Shown here piece after piece: positions 19,372 through 28,474 of a stretch of 64,000 nt of DNA. Within the stretch, counting starts at the first letter, position 1. Every line of letters begins with the position of its first letter. The DNA comes from a virus (Duplodnaviria > Caudoviricetes), in the IMG/VR virus record IMGVR_UViG_3300035180_001680; one strand, given 5' to 3'. Under the pieces are notes generated by a model. The model was not told where the DNA came from, did not search any database, and saw only the letters and a list, made by a program, of their open reading frames with translations. The position numbers were made by a program, and so were the translations under genes.

Positions 19372-19731
19372 TCAAGATGTAATACCTCGAGGCTTTGAAT
19401 TGATATATACAACTCGTTTGCTGCTATATCGTTTTTCAGCAATATCCTTGTCAGTAACGTATGCATCGTCTTCCCAATCAACATATCTTTTGTAAGAATT
19501 TTTCAGTTCTTTAACCTCTTCAGGTGTAAATTGAAAGTTCATGTTATTTTGGTGTCTACCTTCTTCAGATTGACACTGTTTCATGTAATTTTCGAATGTC
19601 ATTCTAACTAAACTTCCTTCAATGAATTTGGAATCGATGTGCATATAATCGCCGACCATGCTATTCCACAACACGACTTCAGGATTACCTTCAAGTTCTG
19701 TTAACATTTTAATCAAGTCATTCTTTCTCAT
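19372..19731 (-). CDS. Hypothetical protein
   Basis: ORF in operon. Confidence 0.5.
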   Translation of the reverse strand: MRKNDLIKMLTELEGNPEVVLWNSMVGDYMHIDSKFIEGSLVRMTFENYMKQCQSEEGRHQNNMNFQFTPEEVKELKNSYKRYVDWEDDAYVTDKDIAEKRYSSKRVVYINSKPRGITS

Positions 19732-20078
19732 TTGATTTTTCCTGGCGTAATAATTATTGTTGCAATGCAGTGTTGGTTCCTTGGAAGGTCTTTTTCACAC
19801 TGAATCACATTCTTGTGAAGCTGCCGCGCCATGGTGTTCAGTGTTGTATTATACACATATAAGTTATATCCAAGCCATCCCAAAGAAAAACTTATCACAC
19901 CAGTCTAGGTATAAAATTCCATAATTACGTAATGGTCACCGACAGGCATCTTTGTCTTTGTACTAACTCACGTTTTAGTTCCTTAGTTCATGATTTATCC
20001 TAAAATTGCTATATCGACATCATACTTACACTAATGTTAAAAGACAACATAAATATTAAATAACGACTGGGACATGAA

Positions 20079-20510
20079 ATGAGATTGAATGAGATTTTTA
20101 ATTCGAGTGTAGAAATACATGTTGACGTTAAAACATATGAGGAATGTAAAATGTTTTTCGTGGTTGGGGAGATGGAATATGTTTTCCATGCTTATGAGAC
20201 ACAAACGAATGATGACAAAGGAAATCAGGTTTGGAACGTTGCATTCCGTGCTCAAAAAGGAAATCAAACGTCACACGGAATAACAGGTTCCGGAAATGCT
20301 TCTCAAGTTATGGCTGCTGTTATCCAGTGTATTAAAAAATGGATTGAATTATATCCAAAAGTTGTTACGTTCTTCTTTTCTGCAAAATTAGATGAACCAT
20401 CCAGAGTAAAATTATACAACCGAATGGCTCAATCTATTAAAGTTCCAGGGTGGAAAATGTATAAGGAAACGTTCAAAACCAAAGAACTATATTATTTTAC
20501 AAAAGGTTAA
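20079..20510 (+). CDS. Hypothetical late protein, MRLNEIFN N-terminus
   Basis: ATAAATA at about 20049; shared N-terminal motif. Confidence 0.65.
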   Translation: MRLNEIFNSSVEIHVDVKTYEECKMFFVVGEMEYVFHAYETQTNDDKGNQVWNVAFRAQKGNQTSHGITGSGNASQVMAAVIQCIKKWIELYPKVVTFFFSAKLDEPSRVKLYNRMAQSIKVPGWKMYKETFKTKELYYFTKG

Positions 20511-20722
20511 TTGTTAATTTTCCCTTGTTCAATATTATCTAAATGTTTTCTAATGTAACGCATAAACAATATTGCTTTGTCAGAATCGTTGAATACTCCA
20601 TCCCCTGTGTCTGATACTGGAACAGGAAATTCAAATCCATTACTTGTTTTATACCATAATTCATTTTGTCTATAAAACTGAAAATGTACAGTTTGGTCTT
20701 TCACTAACTCTTTAACGTTCAT
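20507..20722 (-). CDS. Hypothetical phage protein
   Basis: FEFPVPVSDTGDGVF...KAILFMRYIRK. Confidence 0.6.
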   Translation of the reverse strand: MNVKELVKDQTVHFQFYRQNELWYKTSNGFEFPVPVSDTGDGVFNDSDKAILFMRYIRKHLDNIEQGKINN

Positions 20723-20855
20723 GATAAAATTCCTTTTTTGAGGTGGGATATAAAAAGTTGTGGACTTTTTTCTTCGTCTGTTGACTCGTGCTTTCACGTT
20801 TACACTAAAATCCCATTGTTGTATTTGTACTACAGAAATACACAGAATTGTGTAT

Positions 20856-20927
20856 TGGTCCCCTTGGCCTGAATCGAACAGGCATAAGGTCGCTTAGAAG
20901 GCGTCCCACCACTCCATTGGCAAGGGG
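20856..20927 (-). tRNA. tRNA-Arg(UCU)
   Basis: GACGC-CTTCTAA-GCGAC; CCA. Confidence 0.75.
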
Positions 20928-21081
20928 GAATAAAAGTGCATTACTTTAAAGTGTTTTAATTAAACGAATATTTATAATTTGGCGGCGCAAAAGTTAATGA
21001 AAACGTGTTACTATATTTATGCACAAATATTTTTCACATCATTTCCAACTAGAGACAACCGGTATATCTATCTTGTGTGCC

Positions 21082-21168
21082 AGGCGGAAGACGGAGGAAT
21101 CGGACCCCACCCCTTGCGGAGCGTTTCGTTTAGCAAACGAACCTGAACACCAGAACAGTTCATCTTCC
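21082..21168 (-). tRNA. tRNA-Ser(GCU)
   Basis: TTCGT-TTGCTAA-ACGAA; long V-arm. Confidence 0.85.
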
Positions 21169-21173
21169 AATAA

Positions 21174-21443
21174 TTATTCTATTTCATCAACCAATTTGTT
21201 TAACTTAATTCTTTGTTTCTTTCGTTCTTTCCACTTCATGTATGCTTCAAAGCGTCTTTTGTTTCCATGCCGAGTCCCTGGTTTATTCAAAAAATCGTAT
21301 AATATGTTTAACAGTTCAGGGTTTTCCAATTCTTCTTTACCTATCCAAAACGGGTGTTCGGTAGAGCAATCTGTATCTTCCCGATATTGACGTATTGCTC
21401 TTTTGGATTTATTCTTCTCTTTGTGTCTTAATGTGTTAGACAT
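21174..21443 (-). CDS. Hypothetical basic protein
   Basis: ORF between tRNAs. Confidence 0.5.
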   Translation of the reverse strand: MSNTLRHKEKNKSKRAIRQYREDTDCSTEHPFWIGKEELENPELLNILYDFLNKPGTRHGNKRRFEAYMKWKERKKQRIKLNKLVDEIE

Positions 21444-21518
21444 AGTTAATAATCTTTAAAAGTTTGTTCTCTCATTGTATTGAATACAAAGACTAATATC
21501 AACATTTGTTTATGATGT

Positions 21519-21590
21519 TGGCCTCCCATGATCGAGTTGAACGATCCAGAATTGATTCGTAGTCAATAAGCTAGTTCCCCTAGATGAGAG
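21519..21590 (-). tRNA. tRNA-Arg(ACG)
   Basis: ATTGA-CTACGAA-TCAAT; CCA. Confidence 0.8.
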
Positions 21591-21598
21591 ATAATTTT

Positions 21599-21678
21599 TG
21601 GCGGGTGTGAAGGGAATTGAACCCTCCTGATTTTCCGAAGTGACAGTCCGGTGACCACGCCATGCAGTCCCCACACCC
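21599..21678 (-). tRNA. tRNA-Asp(GUC)
   Basis: CCGGA-CTGTCAC-TTCGG; CCA. Confidence 0.85.
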
Positions 21679-21773
21679 AAAAGTTAAAACAACACACTAC
21701 TACTGTCAGGTTGTTACACACCCTTTCGTCGTCTTCGGTATAGCAGACCGAATGCTATTTGACGGTGTTGATT

Positions 21774-21858
21774 TGGTACCACCGGTTGGAATCGAACCAA
21801 CTTTGAGGTTTCCCTCCAGGATTATCGGTCCTGTGCCTAACCTATCGGCCACAGTGGT
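21774..21858 (-). tRNA. tRNA-Ile(GAU), long variable arm, C33
   Basis: CAGGA-CCGATAA-TCCTG; V-arm GAGG-GAAA-CCTC. Confidence 0.8.
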
Positions 21859-21864
21859 GTTGTT

Positions 21865-21940
21865 TGGTAGGACCAACCGGGTTCGAACCGATGACAGTCT
21901 GCTTGTAGGGCAGATACTCTACCAACTGAGCTATGGTCCC
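21865..21940 (-). tRNA. tRNA-Val(UAC), C33
   Basis: TCTGC-CCTACAA-GCAGA; CCA. Confidence 0.85.
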
Positions 21941-21964
21941 ATTGAACGATTTCTCGTCCGTTTG

Positions 21965-22342
21965 TTACTTTCTGTGCCTTCGTTTATATAATCGCAATAC
22001 ATCACGCAATTCATTTTTGAAGGAACCATTTTCGCTGTAATATACACAACGACCCAAAGTACCTTTATTCATTCTATATTCCAACGCTTCTACTGACGTT
22101 TCTTCTGGTTGGAACTGTTCCTCCAAACCATAACACGAACAGTGTGATCCATTAACCTCATACAGTATACCGTTTTTCTCATACAACACAAACGCGGATC
22201 CACTATAATCTTCGTACGAATACCAAGCTAATAAGATCTTTTCACCATCATTCAGTTCTATCTGAAATTTGTGTTCAACGTCTTCTACATCACCAAAATT
22301 TCCTAAAAAGTATTGTTTCATCATCATCTCCTTTGTGGTCAA
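21965..22342 (-). CDS. Hypothetical phage protein
   Basis: YEDYSGSAFVL...GSHCSCYGLE. Confidence 0.65.
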   Translation of the reverse strand: MTTKEMMMKQYFLGNFGDVEDVEHKFQIELNDGEKILLAWYSYEDYSGSAFVLYEKNGILYEVNGSHCSCYGLEEQFQPEETSVEALEYRMNKGTLGRCVYYSENGSFKNELRDVLRLYKRRHRK

Positions 22343-22383
22343 AAAATCGTTTAACTCATATTAGAGTTCTGTTATTACAATAC

Positions 22384-22460
22384 TGGTACCCTTGGAGAGA
22401 TTCGAACTCCCGACCTTCTCGTTCGAAGCGAGACAATCTAGTCCACTGATATACAAGGGC
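22384..22460 (-). tRNA. tRNA-Arg(UCG)
   Basis: TCTCG-CTTCGAA-CGAGA; CCA. Confidence 0.88.
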
Positions 22461-22651
22461 ATATCAAATCATTATATCCTCAATTTCTTTCTTAAATCTT
22501 GAATCCTTCTATTATACTCAGAAACGTTAATTTCAGCAACGTTGGAAGACTTTTTTATTAGGGCCATTTTTAATTCTGTTTCTAATCTATTCAACTGCCC
22601 ACGCATTTTTGCTACTTTTTATCTTCTTTGCTCATTTTACTTCGTCCTTTT

Positions 22652-22728
22652 TGGCAACCCCGTCGAGAATCGGACTCGAAAAATCAACAAGGGTCAAAAC
22701 CTTGCGTCATCACTAGATGAACGGGGCA
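22652..22728 (-). tRNA. tRNA-Gln(UUG)
   Basis: CAAGG-TTTTGAC-CCTTG; CCA. Confidence 0.75.
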
Positions 22729-22735
22729 TCTGTTT

Positions 22736-22810
22736 TGGCACCGCCGATGGGACTCGAACCCACCTGAATCTCATAGACAGTGAGATGCTCTCCCCGAGAG
22801 CTACGACGGT
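22736..22810 (-). tRNA. tRNA-Asp(GUC)
   Basis: TCTCA-CTGTCTA-TGAGA; CCA. Confidence 0.85.
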
Positions 22811-22823
22811 ATTATACTTCAAA

Positions 22824-22897
22824 TGGCAAGCCCACCAAGAGTTGAACTTGGACTAGAAGATTCAAAATCTTCTGTGCTACCGCTACACCACGGGCCA
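22824..22897 (-). tRNA. tRNA-Gln(UUG)
   Basis: GAAGA-TTTTGAA-TCTTC; CCA. Confidence 0.88.
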
Positions 22898-22903
22898 ATT
22901 AAA

Positions 22904-22978
22904 GGCTAGGAAGTAGAGAATCGAACTCTATACGAATGCGCTCAGAACGCACCACCTCGACCAATCGGCTTCTTCCCA
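22904..22978 (-). tRNA. tRNA-Gln(CUG)
   Basis: GTGCG-TTCTGAG-CGCAT. Confidence 0.8.
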
Positions 22979-22991
22979 ATATATTTTCAAA

Positions 22992-23004
22992 TTTTTAATG
23001 AACA
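22992..23004 (-). promoter_or_regulatory. boxA-like element
   Basis: TGTTCATTAAAAA after terminator 2. Confidence 0.6.
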
Positions 23005-23015
23005 GTTGTAAAACG

Positions 23016-23048
23016 AAAAACCCAGTCTCTTTTGGAAACTGGGTTTTT
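23016..23048 (-). terminator. Intrinsic terminator of attenuator 2
   Basis: AACCCAGTTTC-CAAAA-GAGACTGGGTT followed by a T-run. Confidence 0.9.
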
Positions 23049-23071
23049 CTTTTTAAGAATTTAGCTTTATG

Positions 23072-23167
23072 CTATACCCAGCCTCCAGACATAATAATAT
23101 CACTGTCGCGACGTACTTGGCGTCGGCGAATGATACTAATACTCTGTTGTTGTCTGGTTACGAACAT
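23072..23167 (-). CDS. Leader peptide 2 (Arg/Gln/Ile/Ser/Asp/Val): MFVTRQQQSISIIRRRQVRRDSDIIMSGGWV
   Basis: 31 codons, RBS AAGGAG; CTGGGT (23076-23081) can pair with terminator 5' arm ACCCAG. Confidence 0.9.
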   Translation of the reverse strand: MFVTRQQQSISIIRRRQVRRDSDIIMSGGWV

Positions 23168-23325
23168 TTGTAAAGCTCCTTAAATTAAATGGTGTTTACT
23201 ACTTTATCGTCTGCTTAATATACGCTTCTACGCACCCACATATTTCTATGTTTTGTTAGTACCGGGACGTCCTAGCTTTCAACACCTAACTATTTAGTTA
23301 AGCACTTTGCTCAACTGTTGATACA

Positions 23326-23354
23326 AGTATATATGACTTATTTATAAAAGTCAA
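23326..23354 (-). promoter_or_regulatory. tRNA-operon promoter 2
   Basis: TTGACT-TTTATAAATAAGTCATA-TATACT. Confidence 0.9.
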
Positions 23355-23459
23355 CATTTATTTATCAATCTCAAAAACACATCTGGTGCTTGGAACATCA
23401 TATACGTCGTTGACATCTTATGTCTCCTTAAAAGATATAGTATTTTTTAAACTAACGAT

Positions 23460-23762
23460 TTATCTTTTTCTTTTCTTTTTTCGTTCAATGCTTTCATTAG
23501 CACTTACATAATATTCAGGTGGTTTTTTTGTAATCCACTTAACAAACTTTTGGATGTTTTCATACTCCAATAAACGTTCAATCGTGTGATAATAATTAGC
23601 CAATTCACGTTCACTGAATGTGGCGTGGATATATCTATGGCAAACACGGTGGAGCATAACTCCATCTTTCCCTTTAAACGTCTTTGGAATTAAATGGTGG
23701 AAATCCACATTAATGTCACCCAGTGTTCTTCCACACAATGGACATAAATCATTTTCTGCCAT
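23460..23762 (-). CDS. HNH endonuclease
   Basis: CPLCGR...HHLIPK...HRVCHRYIH. Confidence 0.85.
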   Translation of the reverse strand: MAENDLCPLCGRTLGDINVDFHHLIPKTFKGKDGVMLHRVCHRYIHATFSERELANYYHTIERLLEYENIQKFVKWITKKPPEYYVSANESIERKKKRKR

Positions 23763-23905
23763 TTTTATATATTTCTTGAATTGATTTTTCTAATTTAGAA
23801 TAAGTTTCTGATTTCATACTCAACCAAATTTACTCGCCTGTCTTTTGTCTTTTACAGGAATCATTACTTTGTTTGGAAAATGACCATCGTCGCACATTGG
23901 GCAGC

Positions 23906-24217
23906 TCATATTACATCCCTTTTAAGAAATTCACTTCTTCGTCCTTGAACATAAAAAAACATTCTTTTCCTTGTTAACAAACGGTGCGCACTATCTTCAG
24001 AATATAAATGGAGAATTCCTGATGCGTCTCTTGAATATTCACAAGCATTCGGCACTGTTAGAGCTATTCGGAAAGAGAAATCTTTATCTCCGATAAAATC
24101 TTCTAACGCAATCCACAGGGCTACGTCTTTATGAGTTTTAATCAAATTATTACTCATTCTTATGGAATAGAGGAGACCTCTCAATAAAATCTGACGTTCA
24201 GTTTCAGTTATCTCCAT
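23906..24217 (-). CDS. Hypothetical protein
   Basis: ORF in operon. Confidence 0.5.
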   Translation of the reverse strand: MEITETERQILLRGLLYSIRMSNNLIKTHKDVALWIALEDFIGDKDFSFRIALTVPNACEYSRDASGILHLYSEDSAHRLLTRKRMFFYVQGRRSEFLKRDVI

Positions 24218-24358
24218 ATATCTCCGTTCAAGATTGTTAGCAACAAACGCGGATGCTATTGACAGAGATACTAAAAATTCGTTCCAAAACTCATCTGGTC
24301 ATCCCTCATTGTTTAGTTTAACTTTGAACTCATCAATAGCAGAACATGCTTTATTGTG

Positions 24359-24652
24359 TCAGGAGTTTGAGTCGGATACGTTGCTGTCTTGATCATCATC
24401 TCCATCTTCAAATTCATCATCCCACTTATCGTATACAAAATCTTTTTCAATAATGACTTCTTTAGAACACGCAACTTTCATTCGTTCTAGAGTCACAAGA
24501 ATTTCTTCAACACTGTATCCTCCAACTCCGATAGCGTCTTCGGTCATTGCTGTAACATTTCCAGTATTGTTGTAGTATACCTCACGAATTTCAAAGTAAA
24601 CTTCACCACCACTTTCACACTGAACCAATCGATGATTCCAATGACAACTCAT
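24359..24652 (-). CDS. Hypothetical phage protein
   Basis: WNHRL...IREVYY. Confidence 0.6.
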   Translation of the reverse strand: MSCHWNHRLVQCESGGEVYFEIREVYYNNTGNVTAMTEDAIGVGGYSVEEILVTLERMKVACSKEVIIEKDFVYDKWDDEFEDGDDDQDSNVSDSNS

Positions 24653-24954
24653 CCGAATACTCCCAAAACGTTAAATCCAGTTCCAGTCATACGACGTTTG
24701 CGTTCTTCTGCTGCATCGTGCCACTCTTGACAATCAACGCAAAATTTTGCTGTTGGATATGCCAACTGTCGTTCAACAGGAATTGGTAATTCACAGTCTT
24801 GACATAATTTGTTTGGGTCGGCCAATTTTGCTGCTTCTTCTTTCGTTCCCTGGAACACCTTTGATCGAATTTCATTTACACCAGACTCGCGTTCTGCTCG
24901 TTCTGTAAATTCAGCCAATTCAGCTTCATCATATACTTCTGTGTTTGTCGTCAT
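24649..24954 (-). CDS. DksA/TraR C4 zinc-finger protein
   Basis: CQDCELPIPVERQLAYPTAKFCVDCQE. Confidence 0.85.
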   Translation of the reverse strand: MTTNTEVYDEAELAEFTERAERESGVNEIRSKVFQGTKEEAAKLADPNKLCQDCELPIPVERQLAYPTAKFCVDCQEWHDAAEERKRRMTGTGFNVLGVFG

Positions 24955-25147
24955 ACATTTTCCTTATTAAATCTTAATTCGAGTGAGTGAATCATACACA
25001 TTCCCCTAATGAAAGTCAACATATTTATTAGTTGTATAAATATAAAATATAAAATATAATTACCATATACTTCAACAGAGGGCTCCAACAAGCCCCTTCT
25101 CATCATCAGATTTTGTGATGATACATTTTCTTAATTAAGGAGAAAAC

Positions 25148-25684
25148 ATGAGAGGGATACTATTGTCCATTTTTTTGTTAGTTACATCTACAGTTTACGC
25201 GGGTTCTGAATACCAAGAAAAACAGAACAATTTACAACAACTTATTGATACAAATAAAAGCTCTATCGATAAACAACGATACTGTTTAGCTGAAACAATA
25301 TATTTTGAAGCTGCAGATTATAAAAAATCACAACTTGCTGTTGCAAACGTAGTAATAAATCGTGTAATAGATTCAGACTATCCTAAAACAGTGTGTGCAG
25401 TTACACATCAAACAACCAAAACTCGGTCCGGAAAGCACGTGTGTCAATTCTCATATCAATGTGATGGGGATAAAGACATAAACACGGAATCTGATAAATG
25501 GGCCAGTGCTCAAGAAATTGCTGCAAGTATTATGCACGCATTTGTAATTCAACAACGTACAGATATAACACACGGTGCTACACATTTTCACGATGAACGA
25601 GTTACACCTTCTTGGGCAGTATCTCCAAGTTTTGTTGAAGTGTTAAAAACAAAGCACCTTACATTTTACAAAGAACGCGATTAA
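25148..25684 (+). CDS. SleB-like cell wall hydrolase (Hydrolase_2)
   Basis: CLAETIYFEA, AVANVVINRV, CQFSY, GATHFH; TATAAATA upstream. Confidence 0.9.
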   Translation: MRGILLSIFLLVTSTVYAGSEYQEKQNNLQQLIDTNKSSIDKQRYCLAETIYFEAADYKKSQLAVANVVINRVIDSDYPKTVCAVTHQTTKTRSGKHVCQFSYQCDGDKDINTESDKWASAQEIAASIMHAFVIQQRTDITHGATHFHDERVTPSWAVSPSFVEVLKTKHLTFYKERD

Positions 25685-25769
25685 CTACTTGTTTTTAAAG
25701 TCAGTTTCGTAATACCCTTCACCTTTTAGATGAAAGGGTATTCCTTGTGAGATAATTCTCAAAAACGTT
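25652..25769 (+). repeat. 118-bp direct repeat, copy 1
   Basis: Identical to 27056-27173. Confidence 0.9.
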
Positions 25770-26171
25770 TTGATGGAATCTGGCCTGGTTGCTGTTGCAT
25801 ACGCACCAGGAACTTGGGTACTGTTCACAGAAGAAGAGGTTACAGAGTAATGGCGCACGACGGTAAGAACGTCCACTGCTTATCGCGTGAACCTCTTGAG
25901 CGGAAGTTTCACGATGAGTGAAAAAAGCATCAGGAACAAAACCATACTCTGGAATACATCCTTTACCGTTGTGTTTTTACCGTTGAAAAAGTGATTGTTG
26001 ACTTTATGGGGTGAATGTGAGATGATTGCTTCATCCTATTATTTTATCTGGAGTATTTGTGATCAAACTTCAACACCTTTCTACACGCGCAATTGCAGAT
26101 GCCAACGTGTTTGCAAACGCATTCGCCACATCACACAGTGACGATTGAAACTTCTTGGGATTGAATTCTAA

Positions 26172-26417
26172 ATGAATGTGTACACTGATAAAACGCTAAC
26201 AGACCTTGCTGAAGTAACGGCGCCTGGTCAGGACACATTAAAGCAATTGGTGAAAGAATTCTTCTACTACCTTGATATGACAGAAGAAAGTGATTCGGGT
26301 AGAGTATTTCACCCAACCATCATAACGTCGTGCAGAGTGCACGACCAACAAGCTATCAATAAAATTCTTAAACAGTTGAAGGCACACGTAACAGACGATC
26401 GGGATTCAACTGAATGA
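26172..26417 (+). CDS. Hypothetical phage protein in inserted segment
   Basis: YLDMTEESDSGRVFHPTIITSCR; higher-GC block. Confidence 0.55.
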   Translation: MNVYTDKTLTDLAEVTAPGQDTLKQLVKEFFYYLDMTEESDSGRVFHPTIITSCRVHDQQAINKILKQLKAHVTDDRDSTE

Positions 26418-26704
26418 CAAAAGACATACGATATAACACGATCTCCGGATTGTTCGAAGATGACACAAGCCTCGTCCCCGTTAGCGTTCACTTTTCTGAA
26501 TGGTGGAACGGCGAAGGATTGACATTCAACTTTGATGATCAAAAACATATTTCACTGCACTCAGATGAAATCCGGGCACTGTGCGTGATTGCGATTGCAA
26601 CGGGTATGGTCAGCGTTGACGATTGCATAGAAGCTGCATACCAGATGAAGAAAGAATCATCTGACCGAGACGAAGCAATTCGCAAGACCAGAGAAGGTGG
26701 TTGA
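26414..26704 (+). CDS. Hypothetical phage protein in inserted segment
   Basis: Overlapping ATGA with upstream ORF. Confidence 0.55.
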   Translation: MTKDIRYNTISGLFEDDTSLVPVSVHFSEWWNGEGLTFNFDDQKHISLHSDEIRALCVIAIATGMVSVDDCIEAAYQMKKESSDRDEAIRKTREGG

Positions 26705-26736
26705 CTTTCGCCATCAGTTGGTGGTATAATGACCAC

Positions 26737-26945
26737 ATGAAATTAACAGAATTGAATGAATACTTTGAACCATCTCTGTATGAGATGTCAAACTTTTCCT
26801 CCCGCAATACAGGCCTCCCACCAGGAACTGTTCTCTGAGAACCGAGCCTACAGTATTACCTCACTCAAAATACAGAATCAAAATTAGTCACCCACAGAAT
26901 GGTACCGCGGTATTTGCTATTTGGGGAAACCACTTGGACAATTGA
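26737..26945 (+). pseudogene. Decayed MKLTELNE-type gene
   Basis: MKLTELNEYFEPSLYEMSNFSSRNTGLPP then frame break; TTGACT...TATAAT at 26701-26730. Confidence 0.5.
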
Positions 26946-27055
26946 TTGTGCTGATATTTTAGACAAACCAGCCCACTAAAAACAACGGTAGTAATGGTGT
27001 ATGATCCGACAGAGTATACGGAGTTGATCACGTTCATCTCCGAAGCCATTGAACC

Positions 27056-27173
27056 AAGCACCTTACATTTTACAAAGAACGCGATTAACTACTTGTTTTT
27101 AAAGTCAGTTTCGTAATACCCTTCACCTTTTAGATGAAAGGGTATTCCTTGTGAGATAATTCTCAAAAACGTT
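27056..27173 (+). repeat. 118-bp direct repeat, copy 2
   Basis: Identical to 25652-25769. Confidence 0.9.
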
Positions 27174-27280
27174 GGTTTTCCACAAGATGGACAAATTTTT
27201 GGTTCATTGGATTCTTGGACTTTTTCGAGCACATCTTCTTTCGAATGACACGATGAACATTGATAAGTATAAAGAGGCAT
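27089..27280 (-). CDS. FmdB-family zinc-ribbon protein
   Basis: MPLYTYQCSSC...CPSCG...FHLKGEGYYETDFK. Confidence 0.88.
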   Translation of the reverse strand: MPLYTYQCSSCHSKEDVLEKVQESNEPKICPSCGKPTFLRIISQGIPFHLKGEGYYETDFKNK

Positions 27281-27461
27281 TTAACTTTCTTCGTCTTTCT
27301 CAAACCTTAATTTGGGTGCAATTAACCGTATAAATAATAGAAATACCACAATTACCATTCCTTCAGTTTCAAATATGAGAAGTAGTAGTTTTAAGAATTC
27401 CATACGATCACTTCACAAACCATCAAACACATTAGATATTTGAAGATTTTAACTGTCATAA

Positions 27462-28424
27462 TTATAGATGTTCAACAGCACCTTTGGAAAGTCCTTCGCT
27501 AACATAAATTTCTCGTGCTCCAAGGACTTTCAATTTCGTACTATAATATTGCTTAATATACGCAGCTAAAAACTCAACGGTTGTTTCAGTAGGAAGAACT
27601 ACAACTTTATGATAATCAGTGTTCAGTGTCATTTTGAAACGTCCACGCTGTTCGGTTGAATAACCAATCACTATTTCGTTGGGTGTAATTGATAATACGT
27701 TATCTTTACGAACAAACACTGTGTTGTCCAACTCTTTAGCAATTTCACACAATTCATCATATACCAAACTATTATAACTTACGTTATCGGTATGGATAAA
27801 CGAACGATGACCATGAGCAATGTTTTGACAACCAAACGATGTTGAATCTTTTAATCCGTGAACGTAGTGAAATGTGGCTGTAGCAACCATAATGTCAATT
27901 AAATGTTTATCCACATTATTAAAACATTGAACCTTTACATTAATATCTGGATACTTTGTTTGTAGATATGTTTGAACGTGTCGTCGAAAAGCATCACCAA
28001 TATAGTAGACACTGTATTCTGAATTTGTGTTCATTTTTTGTTCTATGACTCGAACAGCGTCTTTTGCCAAAATTAAAGTCATATTTGGTGTTACAATTGT
28101 AACAACATCGTCGGAACTATCATCAATAGAGACAACGTTCGAATATCCTTCAATTATCCACAATTTATGATCAAAACCATTTTTGTGTATATCAAATTCG
28201 TGTTTATCAATAGCAGTTTTAATATCTTTTTTAATAGTGGAAAAGTCTACAACGACTTTTTCTGTTGGGTCAGGACGACCAGATACGATAAAACTGGGAT
28301 TGAAAGACCCACCTTTAACACAGCCTTCGTTATCAATATAGGCGTGATCAACAACGGTTAAATTGTTGAGAAACATTGTTGATGATTCTGGTTCTTTGAA
28401 ACTATCTGGGATTTGTGTTATCAT
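27462..28424 (-). CDS. Tandem T-fold QueD2-like protein
   Basis: VVDFSTIKK...DHKLW; FHYVHGLK...CQNIAHGHRS. Confidence 0.75.
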   Translation of the reverse strand: MITQIPDSFKEPESSTMFLNNLTVVDHAYIDNEGCVKGGSFNPSFIVSGRPDPTEKVVVDFSTIKKDIKTAIDKHEFDIHKNGFDHKLWIIEGYSNVVSIDDSSDDVVTIVTPNMTLILAKDAVRVIEQKMNTNSEYSVYYIGDAFRRHVQTYLQTKYPDINVKVQCFNNVDKHLIDIMVATATFHYVHGLKDSTSFGCQNIAHGHRSFIHTDNVSYNSLVYDELCEIAKELDNTVFVRKDNVLSITPNEIVIGYSTEQRGRFKMTLNTDYHKVVVLPTETTVEFLAAYIKQYYSTKLKVLGAREIYVSEGLSKGAVEHL

Positions 28425-28474
28425 TTTTTCTCCAATTTAATTGTTGTAGAATTATACAACAATTTTAAAATATT

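Noticed and set aside
22998-23183. Plus-strand 61-aa ORF in the track
   Set aside because: It is the antisense of leader 2 and its terminator; the minus-strand leader has the RBS and codon logic.
25685-25876. 63-aa ORF ending like FmdB
   Set aside because: A chimeric frame created by the 118-bp duplication.
26895-26915. T-box-like GGTACCGCG
   Set aside because: It lacks the full T-box bulge, stem I and terminator, and lies within a decayed coding frame.
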